Shown here: piece after piece, positions 8,649 to 18,049 of the stretch
Layout of the letters: every line of letters starts with the position of its first letter
How positions within the stretch are numbered: the stretch's first letter is position 1
Assembly (NCBI GenBank): GCA_033855775.1
Contig: JAWVFT010000047.1
Coordinates: 4,263 to 68,262, forward strand
Reading direction: 5' to 3'
DNA length: 64,000 bases
Origin: Blastocatellia bacterium
GTDB taxonomy: Bacteria > Acidobacteriota > Blastocatellia > Pyrinomonadales > Pyrinomonadaceae
Position numbers and translations under genes: made by a program
Notes under the pieces: generated by a model
The model's database searches: none
What the model was told of the DNA's origin: nothing
Seen by the model: the letters and a program-made list of their open reading frames with translations, nothing else

Positions 8649-8954
8649 TGAAGGCCCGCCCGCTGCTTCTACAGTTTCCTCATATCCCTTAACACGAATC
8701 AACAAAGATTCTTCTTGACGGCCCGAAACAGAATTTCATCTCCGATCATAGTTGTGTAGAGAGATTAACTGCCGGGAGAGTGGGAAAATCATGAGCACGA
8801 CGCGCTTCTGTGTGCTCGACACGCGCTCTTCCAGCAGAGAAGCGCTGCGTGTCTTGAGCAACGCTCCCGGCACGGTCGGGTTCGAGATTCCGCTGGCCGC
8901 CGTTGAGAGGAGCAGCCCCCGCGCTGTCCTCATTTCGCCGGTCCTTCATCTTCC

Positions 8955-10484
8955 TTAAAACTTCAACGGTGGAGTCGTCCCTGACAATTCCTTTTTCTGC
9001 CTGCTCGCGCCGAGAAAGAAGAGTAAGGTGGAGATGAAGAGAGCCGCCGGGGCGAGCAGCAGCGCCGCGGAGAGAAACTCGCGGTTCGGGTCAATGCCGA
9101 GCATGGCGGCGAGCGAGGCGAGGAAGCGCGATCCGCCGCCCTTCAAAGAGTCGGACAGGATGCCGACGGCGGGACGGGAAATCATGTCTCCGAAAATGTG
9201 TATGACGACGATGTTGAGAGCGACGGCGGTGGCGCGCACAATCGTCGGCACGCTGCTGACCAGAATGGCGTGAAAGGGCGCGTTGCTGACGAAGAGCAGC
9301 ATGACCGAAAGAAAAATCGCCGGAAGATAAATCCATGGGTTGTTCGAAGTCAGTCCGAGCAGTGTCGGGAAGATGCCGAGCAAGGTGCTGACGGCGCAGA
9401 CCAGAAAGTAAGCGTTGTGACGTTTCGCGGCCACGCGGTCGGCCAGCCATCCACCGCCGAAAGTTCCGGCGGCGCCGCCGAGCAGCGTCACGACGCCGAG
9501 CGTCACGGCGGCGTTGGCCTCGCTCATTCCTTTGTCTTCCACCATCAACACGACGGCCCACGTGGCAAACGTTCCGAGGGCGAACGTGAGAGCCGTGTAG
9601 CCCGCGGTCGAGAGCAGCCAGTCGCGCGTCCGCAGGATTCTCCATGACGTGCGCCACAATGATTCCTGCGCGTCCTTGTGCGCGAGCGCCTTTGAAGTTT
9701 CAGCGGCGCTTTCAACCATCTCTTCGAGCGCGGTCGAGGCTGGCGGATGCGCGTCGGTCGCGCCGCGCACGGGTTCGCGCAGCCGCCAGACCAGCACGGC
9801 GGCGACGAGTCCCGGCACGCCGACAATCATGAAGGCCATGCGCCAGCCGAAAAAGCTGGCCAGCACGCCGCCGATGACAAAGCCAAGGGCGAAGCCCATC
9901 GGAATCGCCGCTTGAAAGACGCCGAGCGCGGTGGCGCGTCGCTGCGGCGGAAAATAATCCGCGATGAGGCTCGGCGTAATCGTCGAGTAGGACGACTCGC
10001 CGACGCCGACGATGGCTCTCACGAAGCAGAGCGCGAGAGCGGCGCCAGACATCATGAGCGTGAAGTTGATGATGGGCAGGTGAAGCTGAATCGAAGCGGG
10101 CAGGAACGGCAGCCTGTCAACGATGCCGGAGAAGCCTGTCGCCACGCTCCAGATGACGGCGGCGGTCGCCATCAATTTCGTTCTCGAACGCCTGTCGCCG
10201 AGACGCCCGAAGAGCGGCGCGAGCACTGTGAAGGAGAGCAACAGCGCAGCCTCTATGTAACCTAACTCGGCGTGCGTCAGCTTCAACTCCGGGTCGTTGA
10301 GCATAGAGGGCGCGACGGCTGGCAAGACCTGTCGGTCAATGTAGTTTAAGAAATTGACGAGCGAGAGAATCGCCAGCGCGTAGTAGGAATAGCGCGGAAC
10401 CTGAATGCCGGCGGCGGCGGCGTTGTTGGTTGTGGCGGGCCGCGATGTGCCGGCGGAAGCCCGCGTCGGGTGGTCGTCCATCAA
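8955..10484 (-). CDS. MFS transporter (Spinster-like)
   Basis: About 12 predicted TM segments. MFS signatures present (LGDRRSRTKLM after TM2, long central loop). Start overlaps the upstream gene stop (ATGA-type coupling at 10481-10484). Confidence 0.8.
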   Translation of the reverse strand: MMDDHPTRASAGTSRPATTNNAAAAGIQVPRYSYYALAILSLVNFLNYIDRQVLPAVAPSMLNDPELKLTHAELGYIEAALLLSFTVLAPLFGRLGDRRSRTKLMATAAVIWSVATGFSGIVDRLPFLPASIQLHLPIINFTLMMSGAALALCFVRAIVGVGESSYSTITPSLIADYFPPQRRATALGVFQAAIPMGFALGFVIGGVLASFFGWRMAFMIVGVPGLVAAVLVWRLREPVRGATDAHPPASTALEEMVESAAETSKALAHKDAQESLWRTSWRILRTRDWLLSTAGYTALTFALGTFATWAVVLMVEDKGMSEANAAVTLGVVTLLGGAAGTFGGGWLADRVAAKRHNAYFLVCAVSTLLGIFPTLLGLTSNNPWIYLPAIFLSVMLLFVSNAPFHAILVSSVPTIVRATAVALNIVVIHIFGDMISRPAVGILSDSLKGGGSRFLASLAAMLGIDPNREFLSAALLLAPAALFISTLLFFLGASRQKKELSGTTPPLKF

Positions 10485-11374
10485 GCTCTTCCGTCTTCCT
10501 CCGTCAAGACTTCGACGATAGTTGGAGTAATGTCCGCGAGGCTGCGGACACGCTGGCGAAACAGTTCGCGGGCCACGCCCCAGATGAGCGTCGGGACTTG
10601 ATTGAGCGTGTGATTGCGCGTCGAAAGGTCTTCGATGTTGCCGTGGTCGCTGGTCAGCACGACGGTCGTGCGCCGTAGGTCAACGCGCGCGAGTAAGGCG
10701 CGGACGAGGCGCGCGAGGTCCGCGAGCACAACGCGCGCTCGCGGCGTGTCCTGCGCGTGGCCGATTTTGTCCGTGATGAAATATTCGTAGAGCGTAAAGC
10801 GATGCTCGCACGCGAGCGCGGCCAGCGTCGTCGCCGCTTGTTCGTGTGTGCCGGGCGCAATGTCCAGCCCGCGCTCGATGAGCATCCGGTTGGTGTAGTC
10901 TTGAAAGACCGCGCGTCCGGCCTGCAAATCGTCTAAGTTGCGAAAGCTCATCCCGGCGGCTTCGACGGCTGTCGTGGTGGCCGAAACCCAACGCGGGCGC
11001 GTCTGGAAAAAAAGCGGCGTGTAGGCGTTGGCGAAAGTGTTGGGAAGGATGCGGGCGCGCTTGAGTTGAAGGAAAATCGAATGCTCGTTGATGATGTCGC
11101 GCAAGGCTTGATTGGGAAAGCCCTGCTTGTGATAGCCGAGCGTCATGGGCGCGTTGATGCCTGTCAGAATCGTGGTCTGGCCGGACGCGCTTTGCGGGCG
11201 ACCCGGCACGCCGAGCGTGGCGTCGGTGCGAACGAGCGCGCCGTCAAAAGGGAGCGACGGCTCTTCGTCTTGAAAGACGGCGAGCGGCGCCGCCCCTTCG
11301 AGTCCGTCGAAGGGATTCGACGCCCCACGCGCGCCGATGCCGAGGCCATCAATGAAAAAGAGAAGCACAGGCAT
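10481..11374 (-). CDS. alkaline-phosphatase-superfamily metalloenzyme (cofactor-independent phosphoglycerate mutase / phosphopentomutase-like)
   Basis: N-terminal FFIDGLGIG metal-binding Asp motif, SASGQTT nucleophile region, and C-terminal LTSDHGNIED metal-binding motif. ATG 11374 (MPVLLFFIDGLG) is preferred over GTG 11392. Confidence 0.65.
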   Translation of the reverse strand: MPVLLFFIDGLGIGARGASNPFDGLEGAAPLAVFQDEEPSLPFDGALVRTDATLGVPGRPQSASGQTTILTGINAPMTLGYHKQGFPNQALRDIINEHSIFLQLKRARILPNTFANAYTPLFFQTRPRWVSATTTAVEAAGMSFRNLDDLQAGRAVFQDYTNRMLIERGLDIAPGTHEQAATTLAALACEHRFTLYEYFITDKIGHAQDTPRARVVLADLARLVRALLARVDLRRTTVVLTSDHGNIEDLSTRNHTLNQVPTLIWGVARELFRQRVRSLADITPTIVEVLTEEDGRA

Positions 11375-11444
11375 GCCCGCGATGAATAACACTCACTGCC
11401 GCCGCAACGCAAGAAGAAAAAGCTATCCGGCGATTATCAATGGC

Positions 11445-11477
11445 GCAAGCTTCGTTGTCATGATGCAAGCTTCGTTG
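11445..11477. promoter_or_regulatory. two direct copies of GCAAGCTTCGTTG, 20-bp period
   Basis: GCAAGCTTCGTTG occurs at 11445-11457 and again at 11465-11477. The pair lies 70-100 bp upstream of the 11374 start of the metalloenzyme-MFS pair. Confidence 0.3.
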
Positions 11478-11553
11478 CCGTGGATGAAAGCGTGGCTCTG
11501 AAAATTTGCAGGGAGTCGCGGCCAGCGGCAAAGCTATGGCGGCGAGCCGGAAG

Positions 11554-12993
11554 TTAAGAGTTGAAGTTGGCGGGAGCTTTGCCGGAGTCTGTGGGCGCGG
11601 GCGGCAGTTCGCCCGTTTCGGGAAGCAGTCCGCGGTCGCGGTAGAGGCGCAGTTTGTTGTGCAGCGTCTTGAGGCTGATGCCGAGCATGGCTGCGGCGCG
11701 CGTCTTGTTGTTCTCCATCTTTTGCAGCGTGCGGAGAATCATGTGTCGCTCCATCTCTTCGAGGGGCGTGCCGATGGGCAGCGTGAGCGTGTCGTCGCTG
11801 CGGGCGCGCGTGCGTTGTTCGACGGAGTAAGGCGCGAGATGATGTCTCTCGATGACTTCGCCGGAACAGAGAATGACGGCGCGCTCGACGGCGTTGCGCA
11901 ACTCGCGCACGTTGCCCGGCCACGTGTGCGTTTGCAGAGCTTCGATGGCCGCCGGGCTGAGCACGCGCGCGGGGCGATGATGTCTTTCGGACAGTTGCGT
12001 GACGAGGTGTTGAGCCAGCAGCGGCAAGTCTTCGGTGCGCTGGCGAAGCGGCGGCAATTCAAGCGCGATGACGTTGAGGCGATAGAGCAAATCTTCGCGG
12101 AAGGTTCCAGCCTCAACCGCATCGAGCGGGTTCTTGTTGGTCGCGGCCAGCAGTCGCACGTCAACTTTGATTTCGTGCGTGCTGCCGAGCCGCCTGAGAG
12201 CGCGCTCTTCGAGGACGCGCAGCAGCTTGGCCTGCAAGAGCGTCGGCATCTCGGCTATCTCGTCGAGCAACAGCGTTCCGCCGTTCGCCAGTTCAAAGCA
12301 ACCTTGTCGCCGCGCCGCCGCGCCCGTGAAGGCTCCCTTCTCATGCCCGAAGAGTTCGGACTCCATCAGCGTCTCTGGAATCGCAGAGCAATTGATGGCG
12401 ATGAAGGGCGCGCTCTTGCGCGGGCTTAAATTATGAATAGTGCGCGCGACGAGTTCCTTGCCGGTGCCTGATTCGCCCGTGATGAGGACGGAAGCGGAAG
12501 AGGGCGCGACCTGTTCGATGAGCGCGTAAATCTGTCGCATCGGCTCTGAGTCGCCGACCAGTTCGCCGAACGCGCCGCGGTCGCGCAGTTGCCGCCGCAG
12601 GGCTTCGTTCTCGCGCCGCGCCTCGCAGTGTTCGACGGCGCGTTCGATGATGACGCGCAGCTTCGGCAGGTCGGGCGGCTTCTCGATGTACTGGTACGCG
12701 CCCTCTTCCTGTATGGCGCGAATCGCCATCTCGATTGAGCCTTGCCCGGTCAGGAGGATGACGGCGACTTCCGGGTAACGCCCGCGCAACTCGCGCAGCA
12801 ATCCGAAGCCATCAAGACGCGGCATCATGATGTCTGCGATGACAGCCGCCGGGCGAAACTCTTCGGCGCGCGCGAGTCCCGCCAGCCCGTCCGCTTCGGC
12901 TGCCGTCTCATAGCCCCACGACGTTATCAACTCGCGCAGGCTTTCCGCCACCGCTTGGTCGTCGTCAACAATGAGCACACGCCCCTTCGCCAT
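11554..12993 (-). CDS. sigma-54-dependent response regulator (NtrC family: REC + AAA+ + Fis-type HTH)
   Basis: REC domain ([11 protein letters not shown]...IADIMMP), Walker A GESGTGKE, canonical GAFTGA loop (HEKGAFTGA), and C-terminal HTH ([19 protein letters not shown]). ATG 12993 ([12 protein letters not shown]) is preferred. Confidence 0.92.
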   Translation of the reverse strand: MAKGRVLIVDDDQAVAESLRELITSWGYETAAEADGLAGLARAEEFRPAAVIADIMMPRLDGFGLLRELRGRYPEVAVILLTGQGSIEMAIRAIQEEGAYQYIEKPPDLPKLRVIIERAVEHCEARRENEALRRQLRDRGAFGELVGDSEPMRQIYALIEQVAPSSASVLITGESGTGKELVARTIHNLSPRKSAPFIAINCSAIPETLMESELFGHEKGAFTGAAARRQGCFELANGGTLLLDEIAEMPTLLQAKLLRVLEERALRRLGSTHEIKVDVRLLAATNKNPLDAVEAGTFREDLLYRLNVIALELPPLRQRTEDLPLLAQHLVTQLSERHHRPARVLSPAAIEALQTHTWPGNVRELRNAVERAVILCSGEVIERHHLAPYSVEQRTRARSDDTLTLPIGTPLEEMERHMILRTLQKMENNKTRAAAMLGISLKTLHNKLRLYRDRGLLPETGELPPAPTDSGKAPANFNS

Positions 12994-13146
12994 GCTCGAA
13001 AGTGTAGCACACAAGGACGGGTTTTATTTTTCGACAGCCGCGTTGATTAAGTTTGAGCCTGCGATGAAAGACGGGCGAGCCGTGTCGCAGTTTATTCAAA
13101 TCGAGCGCAACTTCTATCCTTACTAACGCTCGCTGAAAGGCGGCGG

Positions 13147-13983
13147 TCAATCGTTCAAGCCCGCGTAGTAAGCGGCGATGGCGCGGGCGAGCGCGGGCGT
13201 GGTGTATTCGGTTGGTTGGATGTCAACGCGCAGGTTGTGTTCGGCTGCGCTGCTGGCCGTGATGTCGCCGATGCAGGCTATCTTAACGCCGTCGAGCAGT
13301 TGGCTGAGGTCGCCCGTGTCGAACAGGTGGGCGAAGTTGTGGACGGTCGAAGAGCTTGTGAAGGTGATGCAATCGACGCCGCCTCCGGCGAGCAACGCCT
13401 CTATGCGGCCACGCTCCTGCGTCTGCGGGCGGACGGTGCGATAGACCGCGACGACATCAACACGCGCGCCAGCGCCTTCCAGGGCCAGCGGCAAATAGTC
13501 GCGCGCCACAGCCGCGCGCGGTATCAAAAAGTTGAGCGCGTACAAGCCCTGCGTCCCGCCCAGATAATCCGTCAAAGCCTCAAACACTCCTTCGGCCTTG
13601 AACTGTTCAGGCACGACATCAACATGAATCTGCGCGTCGCGCAGCCGCACGGCGGTCGCCTCGCCAATCGAGCAGACGCGCAGATCGTCCAACTCGCTCG
13701 CGTCGCGGCCCATCTCGTTGAGACGTTTCAGGAAATAGTCAACGCCGTTGACGCTCGTGAAAATAATCCAATCATAGCCGTAAAGATTTTCAATCGCTTC
13801 GTCGAGCGGAGCGTAAGATTCGGGCGCGGCAATCTCAATGGTCGGGCAAGCGACGACGCGCGCCCCGTAGCGTTCAAGCTCGGCGCTAAACTCCGCCGCC
13901 TGCGCCGCCGCGCGTGTGATGATGACGGTGCGGCCAGCGAGCGGCTGCGTTGCCGTGAGTTGTGTCTCAGTTGAAGAACTCAT
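13147..13983 (-). CDS. hemD: uroporphyrinogen-III synthase
   Basis: HEM4-like pattern (GRTVIITRAAAQAAEFSAELERYGARVVACPTIEI..., WIIFTSVNGV, CITFTSSSTV). It follows hemC directly. ATG 13983 is preferred over TTG 13995. Confidence 0.8.
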   Translation of the reverse strand: MSSSTETQLTATQPLAGRTVIITRAAAQAAEFSAELERYGARVVACPTIEIAAPESYAPLDEAIENLYGYDWIIFTSVNGVDYFLKRLNEMGRDASELDDLRVCSIGEATAVRLRDAQIHVDVVPEQFKAEGVFEALTDYLGGTQGLYALNFLIPRAAVARDYLPLALEGAGARVDVVAVYRTVRPQTQERGRIEALLAGGGVDCITFTSSSTVHNFAHLFDTGDLSQLLDGVKIACIGDITASSAAEHNLRVDIQPTEYTTPALARAIAAYYAGLND

Positions 13984-13987
13984 GCGC

Positions 13988-14926
13988 TTAAGCAATCAGC
14001 CCGGAGAGCAAAGAATCTGCGCCGCGTTTGAGCAGCCGTTGGCCCAACGTCTCGCCCAACTCTGCGGCCTCAGTCGCCGCGCCTTCGAGCGAGTCGCGGA
14101 TAACAACATCGCCGGAGAGCCCCGCGACCAAGCCTTCCATCCGTAAACGATTCTCTTCGACGACAGCGTGCGCGGCGATGGGCAACTGGCAGCCGCCGCC
14201 GAGCGAGCGCAGCAAAGAGCGTTCAGCCGTGCAGGCAAGACGTGTTGGCGTGTGCTCAAGCGGAGCGAGCAGTTGAAGAGCCGCGCTGTCATCCATCCGC
14301 GTTTCGATGGCGAGCGCGCCTTGCCCGACTGCCGGGAGCATCTCTGCGGTCGGGATGGGCGCGCTGATGCGTTCGGCCAGGCCAAGGCGTCGCAGGCCAG
14401 CCGTCGCCAGAATCACAGCGTCGTAGTCGCCCGCATCGAGCTTGCGCAATCGCGTGTCAACGTTGCCGCGCAAGTCTTTGATGCCGAGGTCTGTTCTCAA
14501 GTGTTTCAACTGCGCGAGGCGGCGCAGGCTGGACGTGCCGACGATTGAGCCTTCGGGCAAGGCGCCGAGCGAAGGCGTCGGAAGAGAGAAGCCTGCGCGG
14601 AGCACGAGTGCGTCGCGCGTGTCTTCGCGTTCGGTGATGACGGCGATGGTCAAGTTGTCGGGCAACACGGTCGGCAAATCTTTCAGAGAGTGGACGGCCA
14701 AATCAATGCGGTGGTCGAGCAGGGCTTCCTCAAGCTCTTTGGTGAAGACGCCCTTGCCGCCGATGAGGGAGAGCGGCGCGTCCTTCAAGACATCGCCGGA
14801 GGTCTTGATGATTTCGATTGTGACCGCAAGCTGCGGATAGAGCGCGCCGAGTCTGGCTCTGACCCATTCGGATTGCCAGAGCGCCAGCTTTGAGCCGCGC
14901 GAACCGATGACGAGAGATTCTTTCAT
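13988..14926 (-). CDS. hemC: hydroxymethylbilane synthase (porphobilinogen deaminase)
   Basis: N-terminus MKESLVIGSRGSKLALWQSEWV. Also contains HSLKDLPT, GNVDTRLRKL and the GGCQLPIAAHA cofactor-cysteine region. The upstream 41 aa in the ORF track overlap dedA and are rejected. Confidence 0.92.
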   Translation of the reverse strand: MKESLVIGSRGSKLALWQSEWVRARLGALYPQLAVTIEIIKTSGDVLKDAPLSLIGGKGVFTKELEEALLDHRIDLAVHSLKDLPTVLPDNLTIAVITEREDTRDALVLRAGFSLPTPSLGALPEGSIVGTSSLRRLAQLKHLRTDLGIKDLRGNVDTRLRKLDAGDYDAVILATAGLRRLGLAERISAPIPTAEMLPAVGQGALAIETRMDDSAALQLLAPLEHTPTRLACTAERSLLRSLGGGCQLPIAAHAVVEENRLRMEGLVAGLSGDVVIRDSLEGAATEAAELGETLGQRLLKRGADSLLSGLIA

Positions 14927-15555
14927 CTTGTTGACGGAGCCAGCCGCGCCTCTTTCCTGTTGGCCTTGCGATGCGCGCGCACGCGCCAGAGCACAACGAC
15001 GATGACGATGCCCGCCAGCAACATGAACAGCCCCGTGCGCCCGACCCATCTTTCCAGCAGCGGCCAGCTATGGCCGAAGAGATAGCCGAGCAGCGTGATG
15101 ACTGTGGCCCACAGCAACGCGCCCGCGATATTGTAGACGAGGAAGACGCGCCAGCGCATGTCGGACGCGCCCGCGAAGATGGCCGCGAAGACGCGCAGGC
15201 CCGTGATGAAACGCGCCACCAGAATCGTCTTCTCGCCGTGCTTCTCGAAAAAGTTGTTGATGCGAACCAGCCGGCGCGGCGTCAGCAGGATGAACTTGCC
15301 GTAGCGCAGGAGGAAGCCGCGCCCGTAATGATGGCCGACGGCAAAGCCTATGTTATCGCCAACCACTGCGCCCGTCGCCGCGACCAGCATCACCAGCGGC
15401 AGAGAGAAATGGCCGCCCGCAGCGAAGAAGCCGGCGGCCAGCAAAATCGTCTCGCCCGGAATGGGCAAGCCCGCGTTCTCCAACATCACGCCGACGAAGA
15501 CAGTCCAGTAGCCGTAGTTGATGAAGAGCTTCGTCAGGGTGTCTAAGATGTCCAT
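14923..15555 (-). CDS. DedA family membrane protein
   Basis: MDILDTLTKLFINYGYWTVFVGVMLENAGLPIPGETILLAAG is the DedA/SNARE-associated signature. The 3' end overlaps the hemC start by 4 nt. Confidence 0.85.
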   Translation of the reverse strand: MDILDTLTKLFINYGYWTVFVGVMLENAGLPIPGETILLAAGFFAAGGHFSLPLVMLVAATGAVVGDNIGFAVGHHYGRGFLLRYGKFILLTPRRLVRINNFFEKHGEKTILVARFITGLRVFAAIFAGASDMRWRVFLVYNIAGALLWATVITLLGYLFGHSWPLLERWVGRTGLFMLLAGIVIVVVLWRVRAHRKANRKEARLAPSTR

Positions 15556-15595
15556 AAGCTTGGCGCGGCGCAGGTCAAAGAACAATGCTTGAAGA

Positions 15596-16912
15596 TTAGT
15601 TGGAACTTTCGTCGGCAGCTTCCGGCGACGGTCGCGCGGCTTCGGGTTCTTCCAGTTGGAAGACTTCGCGCCAGGCTCGCATGGCGTCCTCTTCGCCCGC
15701 GTCCAGGGTGTGGCGCAGGTGATGAATAATCGGATGGGAAATCTTGTTGACCGTGGACAAGAGCAAGGCTTCGACGGCGCGTTCCTGTTCGGGCGTGAGC
15801 GAGCCGAGTCGCGTTCGTTGGCGCGTCATCTCGTCGCGGGCCACATCCTGAAATTTACGACGCAACGCGCCGAGCGTCGGGCCGATGCTCTGCGCGCGCA
15901 ACGATTGCTGAAACTGCATCACTTCGGATTCGACAATGAGTTCGGCGCGCTCGGCCTCGCGCTCGCGCTCGCGGATGTTTGAAGCCACGACCGCTTCGAG
16001 GTCGTCCATGTCGAAGACGAAGAGGTTCGGTATCTCGCCGACCGCCGGGTCTATGTTGCGCGGGACGGAGATGTCTATGAAGAAGGACGGGCGATTGCGT
16101 CTGAGTTCAAGAGCTTCGCGCGCAATCGCGGGCGTCAGAACGTAGTTGCTCGCGCCGGTCGAGCAGATAACGATGTCCGCTTCGGCCAGATGTTTTGAGA
16201 GTTGAGCGAAGTCAACCGGCTCGCCGCCAAACTCCGCGGCCACTTTGCGCGCCGTCTCGTTCGTGCGATTGGCGATGAGCACGCGCGCGACTCCGGCGTT
16301 GACCAGATGACGCGCGGATAACTCTGCCATCTCGCCAGCCCCGATGAGCAACACCGTGCGCCCCGCGAGCGAGCCGAAGATTTTGCGCCCAAGCTCGACG
16401 GCCATGTAGCTGATTGAGACGGCGGAAGCAGCGATGCCCGTCTCCGTTCGCACGCGCTTGGCGACGTGCAGGGCTTGATGCACGAGACGATTGAGGACGC
16501 GCCCCGCTGTCCCGGCTGTGACCGCCATCGAATACGCGCGCCGCACTTGTCCGAGCACCTGCGGCTCGCCGACGACCAGCGAATCGAGCGACGAGGCGAC
16601 GCGGAACACATGGCGCACGGCTGCGTCGTCCTCGTGATGATAGAGATGACCGCTGAACTCTTCGCGCGGGATAGCGCGAATATCGCTCAGGAAGTTGATA
16701 ATCCGGCTCACGCCGTCTGCCGTCTGCGCGCTGGCGGTCGTCGTCAGGACTTCGACGCGGTTACACGTCGAGACAATCAAGCCTTCGCGCACTATCTCGC
16801 CGTCAACGAGCGCGCGAAGTCCTGTGGCGCAGGCTTCGTCCGTGAAAGCCAGACGCTCGCGCACGGCCACCGGCGCCGTTTTATGATTGAGTCCGACGAG
16901 GATGATTGACAT
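15596..16912 (-). CDS. hemA: glutamyl-tRNA reductase
   Basis: MSIILVGLNHKTAPVAVRERLAF, active-site STCNRVE, and NADPH motif LLIGAGEMAE. Confidence 0.95.
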   Translation of the reverse strand: MSIILVGLNHKTAPVAVRERLAFTDEACATGLRALVDGEIVREGLIVSTCNRVEVLTTTASAQTADGVSRIINFLSDIRAIPREEFSGHLYHHEDDAAVRHVFRVASSLDSLVVGEPQVLGQVRRAYSMAVTAGTAGRVLNRLVHQALHVAKRVRTETGIAASAVSISYMAVELGRKIFGSLAGRTVLLIGAGEMAELSARHLVNAGVARVLIANRTNETARKVAAEFGGEPVDFAQLSKHLAEADIVICSTGASNYVLTPAIAREALELRRNRPSFFIDISVPRNIDPAVGEIPNLFVFDMDDLEAVVASNIREREREAERAELIVESEVMQFQQSLRAQSIGPTLGALRRKFQDVARDEMTRQRTRLGSLTPEQERAVEALLLSTVNKISHPIIHHLRHTLDAGEEDAMRAWREVFQLEEPEAARPSPEAADESSN

Positions 16913-16922
16913 GAAAATCAGT

Positions 16923-17010
16923 AGCCGTCAGCCGGCAGCAGTTAGTAATCAGTCGCCAGTCAAAGCTTTCGGCTGATGACTGAGCGTTGACTGCTGCGGC
17001 TTGACCGGCT
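16923..17010. repeat. long imperfect palindrome (about 44-nt arms, no loop) between the ccsA-like gene and hemA
   Basis: AGCCGTCAGCCGGCAGCAGTTAGTAATCAGTCGCCAGTCAAAGC (16923-16966) faces GCTTTCGGCTGATGACTGAGCGTTGACTGCTGCGGCTTGACCGGCT. Roughly two-thirds of positions are complementary, in blocks (AGCCG, GCCG, CAGCAGT, TCAGTC). The centre is AAAGCTTT. Confidence 0.5.
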
Positions 17011-17831
17011 TATTCAAAAACGTGATAGCCGCCCATCAAGCGCGTGCCGATGAACGTGCAGAGCACGAGCGCAAAGCCTACGACGCCGAGCCACGCCGCC
17101 CGCCGCCCGCGCCATCCGGCGGTGGCGCGATAGAGAATCAACATCGAATAGAGCAGCCACGTCAGGGCCGCGAAAATCTCCTTCGGGTCGTTGCGCCAGA
17201 GCCGACCGTCGCGCGACGAAGACCAGAGCATGCCGCTGATAATGCCGAGCGTCAGCAGCGTCAGGCCCGTGCCAGCCGTCGTGGTGGCGATGTCGTTAAT
17301 CGTCGTCAGCGAAGGCAGGCGATGAAAAATCGCGCCGAACGTTTTTAACTTCAACTCGCGCTCTTGCAGCAAGTACATGATGCTCGCCACGAAGACCACG
17401 AAGAAGGCGGCGTAAGCGAAAATCAGCAGCGTCGCGTGAAAGGGAACGAGCCATGTGGCGCCGTTGCTCTCGACCGTGCCGCTGACGGCGTTGCCGGTGT
17501 CGCGCTCGACGCTGGCGATGAAGACAAGCACGGCGATGAGCGGCAGAGTGAAACTGCCCAGGGCTTGCGTGCGATAGCGATAGAGGATGAACCCGTAGGT
17601 CGCGGCCAGCGTCCACGCCAGAAAAGAGAGCGTCTCGCGCAGGCCGAACAGCGGGTAATGCCCGTCCGCAATCCAGTCCGCGAGCAGCGCGACGGTGTGC
17701 AGGACGAAACCGGCGGCGAGCGACAATATCGAAATGCGCTCCAACGTCCGCCGCTTGTTGACGAAGGCCAGAATCGCGTGAATCGCCGCGACGACGTAAG
17801 CTGATAAAACCGTAAGTAAGAGAGGCTTCAT
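17010..17831 (-). CDS. cytochrome c assembly protein family membrane protein (CcsA/HemX-like)
   Basis: Eight predicted TM segments. Degenerate WWD-type region GMLWSSSRDGRLWRNDPKEIFAALTWLLY. Its position immediately upstream of hemA matches hemX-hemA arrangements. Confidence 0.7.
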   Translation of the reverse strand: MKPLLLTVLSAYVVAAIHAILAFVNKRRTLERISILSLAAGFVLHTVALLADWIADGHYPLFGLRETLSFLAWTLAATYGFILYRYRTQALGSFTLPLIAVLVFIASVERDTGNAVSGTVESNGATWLVPFHATLLIFAYAAFFVVFVASIMYLLQERELKLKTFGAIFHRLPSLTTINDIATTTAGTGLTLLTLGIISGMLWSSSRDGRLWRNDPKEIFAALTWLLYSMLILYRATAGWRGRRAAWLGVVGFALVLCTFIGTRLMGGYHVFE

Positions 17832-17944
17832 TGATGGCTACAAAACTCGGATGAGCACGAGAGCTTATTGTAATTGATGACGGAAAGAGGCGGCAAGCCG
17901 AAGCCTTCCTCCGCGCTGCCTTTCATCTTAAACCGCAGACGGAA

Positions 17945-18049
17945 GTTTCGCGCAAAGGCGCAAAGGTAAAGAAAAACATAAGCCCGCAAAGAAGCAGTCA
18001 ACTCTTTGCGAGCTTCTGCCTTGTTGTTCTTTGCGCCTTTGCGTGAAAC
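17945..18049. repeat. palindrome with 21-nt arms built from CGCAAAG words
   Basis: GTTTCGCGCAAAGGCGCAAAG (17945-17965) is complementary at 20/21 positions to CTTTGCGCCTTTGCGTGAAAC (18029-18049). An inner hairpin CGCAAAG/CTTTGCG lies in the 63-nt interior. The element sits in the divergent spacer between the ccsA-like gene and the acyl-CoA dehydrogenase gene. Confidence 0.7.

Noticed and set aside
8790-8957. 55-codon ORF (MSTTRFCVLDTRSSSREAL...) preceded by GGGAGAG
   Set aside because: It has no recognisable family and lies in the decayed low-GC region. Its end overlaps the convergent MFS stop. It may be another gene fragment, but it is not supportable as a gene.
11499-11516. TGGCTC...TTGCA as a sigma-54 promoter
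   Set aside because: The GG-to-GC spacing is two nucleotides too long, and no plus-strand gene follows.
11506-12429. 307-aa ORF on the plus strand
   Set aside because: It is antisense to the sigma-54 activator gene, whose Walker A, GAFTGA and HTH motifs settle the coding strand.
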